Virus record (IMG/VR): IMGVR_UViG_3300025313_000112
Span: 1-26,153 of that record
Source: a virus
Taxonomy: Duplodnaviria; Caudoviricetes
Length of the DNA stretch: 26,153 bases
Reading direction: 5' to 3' (one strand)
The notes beneath the pieces are model-generated. The model worked only from the letters and a program-made list of their open reading frames with translations, made no database searches and had not been told where the DNA came from. This document shows positions 25,296 to 26,153 of this stretch, in pieces. Positions within the stretch are counted from its first letter, which is position 1, and each line of letters starts with the position of its first letter. Both the position numbers and the translations under genes were made by a program.

Positions 25296-25957
25296 TACAG
25301 CAACCCCAACTGATCGCCGCCGCCGGTCGTCAGGATCATTGTCGCCTCAGCGATCAACCGATCCCGGCGGGCCATTTCAACCTTCTGCTCGTCGGCGTAC
25401 TCGCCAGCCCGGACAAAGAACAGCCCCGGGATGTTCGTCTTGCTCTCGCCCTGATAGGACACACCCCACGGCGCATCATCGTAACCGAGCATCTTCTGTA
25501 CCGCCGCCTTGCGGATCACCTGCACCATCGCACAAGCGAGGGAGGCGAAGTACCCGGTCTGCGCGTCTCTGCCCTCTACCTTCGTCCAACCTGCCGTCTC
25601 GCACGCCTGATAGTCATAGCAGTACGAGGACGAGATCACCGCAAGCAACTTCGCCTGATGGTCGATCCCTATATCCCTGATCGGTCGGTACTGATACGGA
25701 GGCTCTTGATCCTGGCCGACACGCCCTGGCCGCTCGTCGGCGTCGGGGTATCGATCGTCCACACTCAGCACGTTCTCCGCCATCAACACCTGACCCCAGG
25801 CGGATGCGTTCTCCTCGGTGAGGATCGTATACGACTCTGATCCGCCAAACACCGTCGGAACCGAGGGATGGTAGGCGTACAACTGGTGGTGCTTGAGGCT
25901 CAGGCCGAACCAAAGCAGGAGATCGACTGTCAGATGGTCAACCACGTATGCGCTCAT
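25295..25957 (-). CDS. Hypothetical phage protein (220 aa; L..EN..SV..RY and YDYQACE..W motifs)
   Basis: GGGAGG RBS; long ORF with normal composition. Confidence 0.8.
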   Translation of the reverse strand: MSAYVVDHLTVDLLLWFGLSLKHHQLYAYHPSVPTVFGGSESYTILTEENASAWGQVLMAENVLSVDDRYPDADERPGRVGQDQEPPYQYRPIRDIGIDHQAKLLAVISSSYCYDYQACETAGWTKVEGRDAQTGYFASLACAMVQVIRKAAVQKMLGYDDAPWGVSYQGESKTNIPGLFFVRAGEYADEQKVEMARRDRLIAEATMILTTGGGDQLGLL

Positions 25958-26055
25958 TTCGTTCGCCCTCCCAGGCTACCTACGATCCTCCGGGCCGGTT
26001 TGCCCGCCAGGGCGCCCGAACCTCACGGCTCAGGCGCCAAGGGCGGACGAACCCG

Positions 26056-26153
26056 CTACCAGTCGCCGGATCGTCCTCCCGGCACCGTCCACCACCACGG
26101 CGATCGATCGATCATCGCCGGCGAGATCGCCCAGGCCAGCGCGATCAAGACCG
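26056..26153 (-). CDS. Possible 3' end of an upstream gene (...VLIALAWAISPAMIDRSPWWWTVPGGRSGDW*)
   Basis: Open frame from the window edge to TAG at 26056, followed by a long hairpin; frame choice uncertain. Confidence 0.3.
   Translation of the reverse strand, partial: VLIALAWAISPAMIDRSPWWWTVPGGRSGDW

Larger units (their letters stand above)
1..26153 (-). mobile_element. Siphovirus-like phage/prophage late (packaging, head, tail, lysis) region; extends beyond both window edges
   Basis: Canonical order TerS-TerL-portal-gp7-scaffold-decoration-MCP-neck-tail tube-chaperone-TMP-tail tip-lysin-holin on one strand. No host genes, integrase or att site in the window, so phage vs prophage cannot be decided. 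Confidence 0.96.

Noticed and set aside
195-25840. Plus-strand ORFs in the track (e.g. 11623..12516, 12751..13614, 15355..16236)
   Set aside because: Antisense shadows of well-supported minus-strand genes in GC-rich DNA; Arg/Pro/His-rich and motif-free.
1-26153. Stop-codon reassignment, introns/inteins, tRNA genes
   Set aside because: Core genes are uninterrupted and of normal size under code 11, all three stops are used, and no cloverleaf was seen in the short gaps.
1-26153. Specific host assignment (impression: Chloroflexota-like monoderm)
   Set aside because: Based only on recalled resemblance of small proteins and the lysis cassette; not supportable without a search.

Overview
The window is the virion-morphogenesis and lysis arm of a GC-rich tailed phage or prophage of siphovirus type (tail tube, chaperone pair and tape measure present; no sheath). 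All credible genes are on the minus strand and mostly translationally coupled (ATGA/GTGA/TGATG overlaps). In transcription order, right to left: (1) small accessory genes, three of which start at an identical 22-bp RBS/start repeat; (2) a stand-alone RarA/MgsA C-terminal-domain gene with its own promoter and terminator; (3) a ParB-N protein and a GT-A (TAGT/GREB1-like) glycosyltransferase directly ahead of TerS and TerL; (4) portal, gp7/MuF-like minor head, scaffold, decoration protein and major capsid; (5) neck genes, tail tube, tail chaperone with a -1 frameshift, tape measure and tail-tip genes; (6) GH25 endolysin and a holin-like protein; (7) further virion genes, the last running off the left edge. 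Several probable genes are missing from the ORF track: 1..1551, 13597..13695, 24270..24395 and 24571..24747. All product calls come from motif recognition and synteny; no database search was run and the host is not determined.
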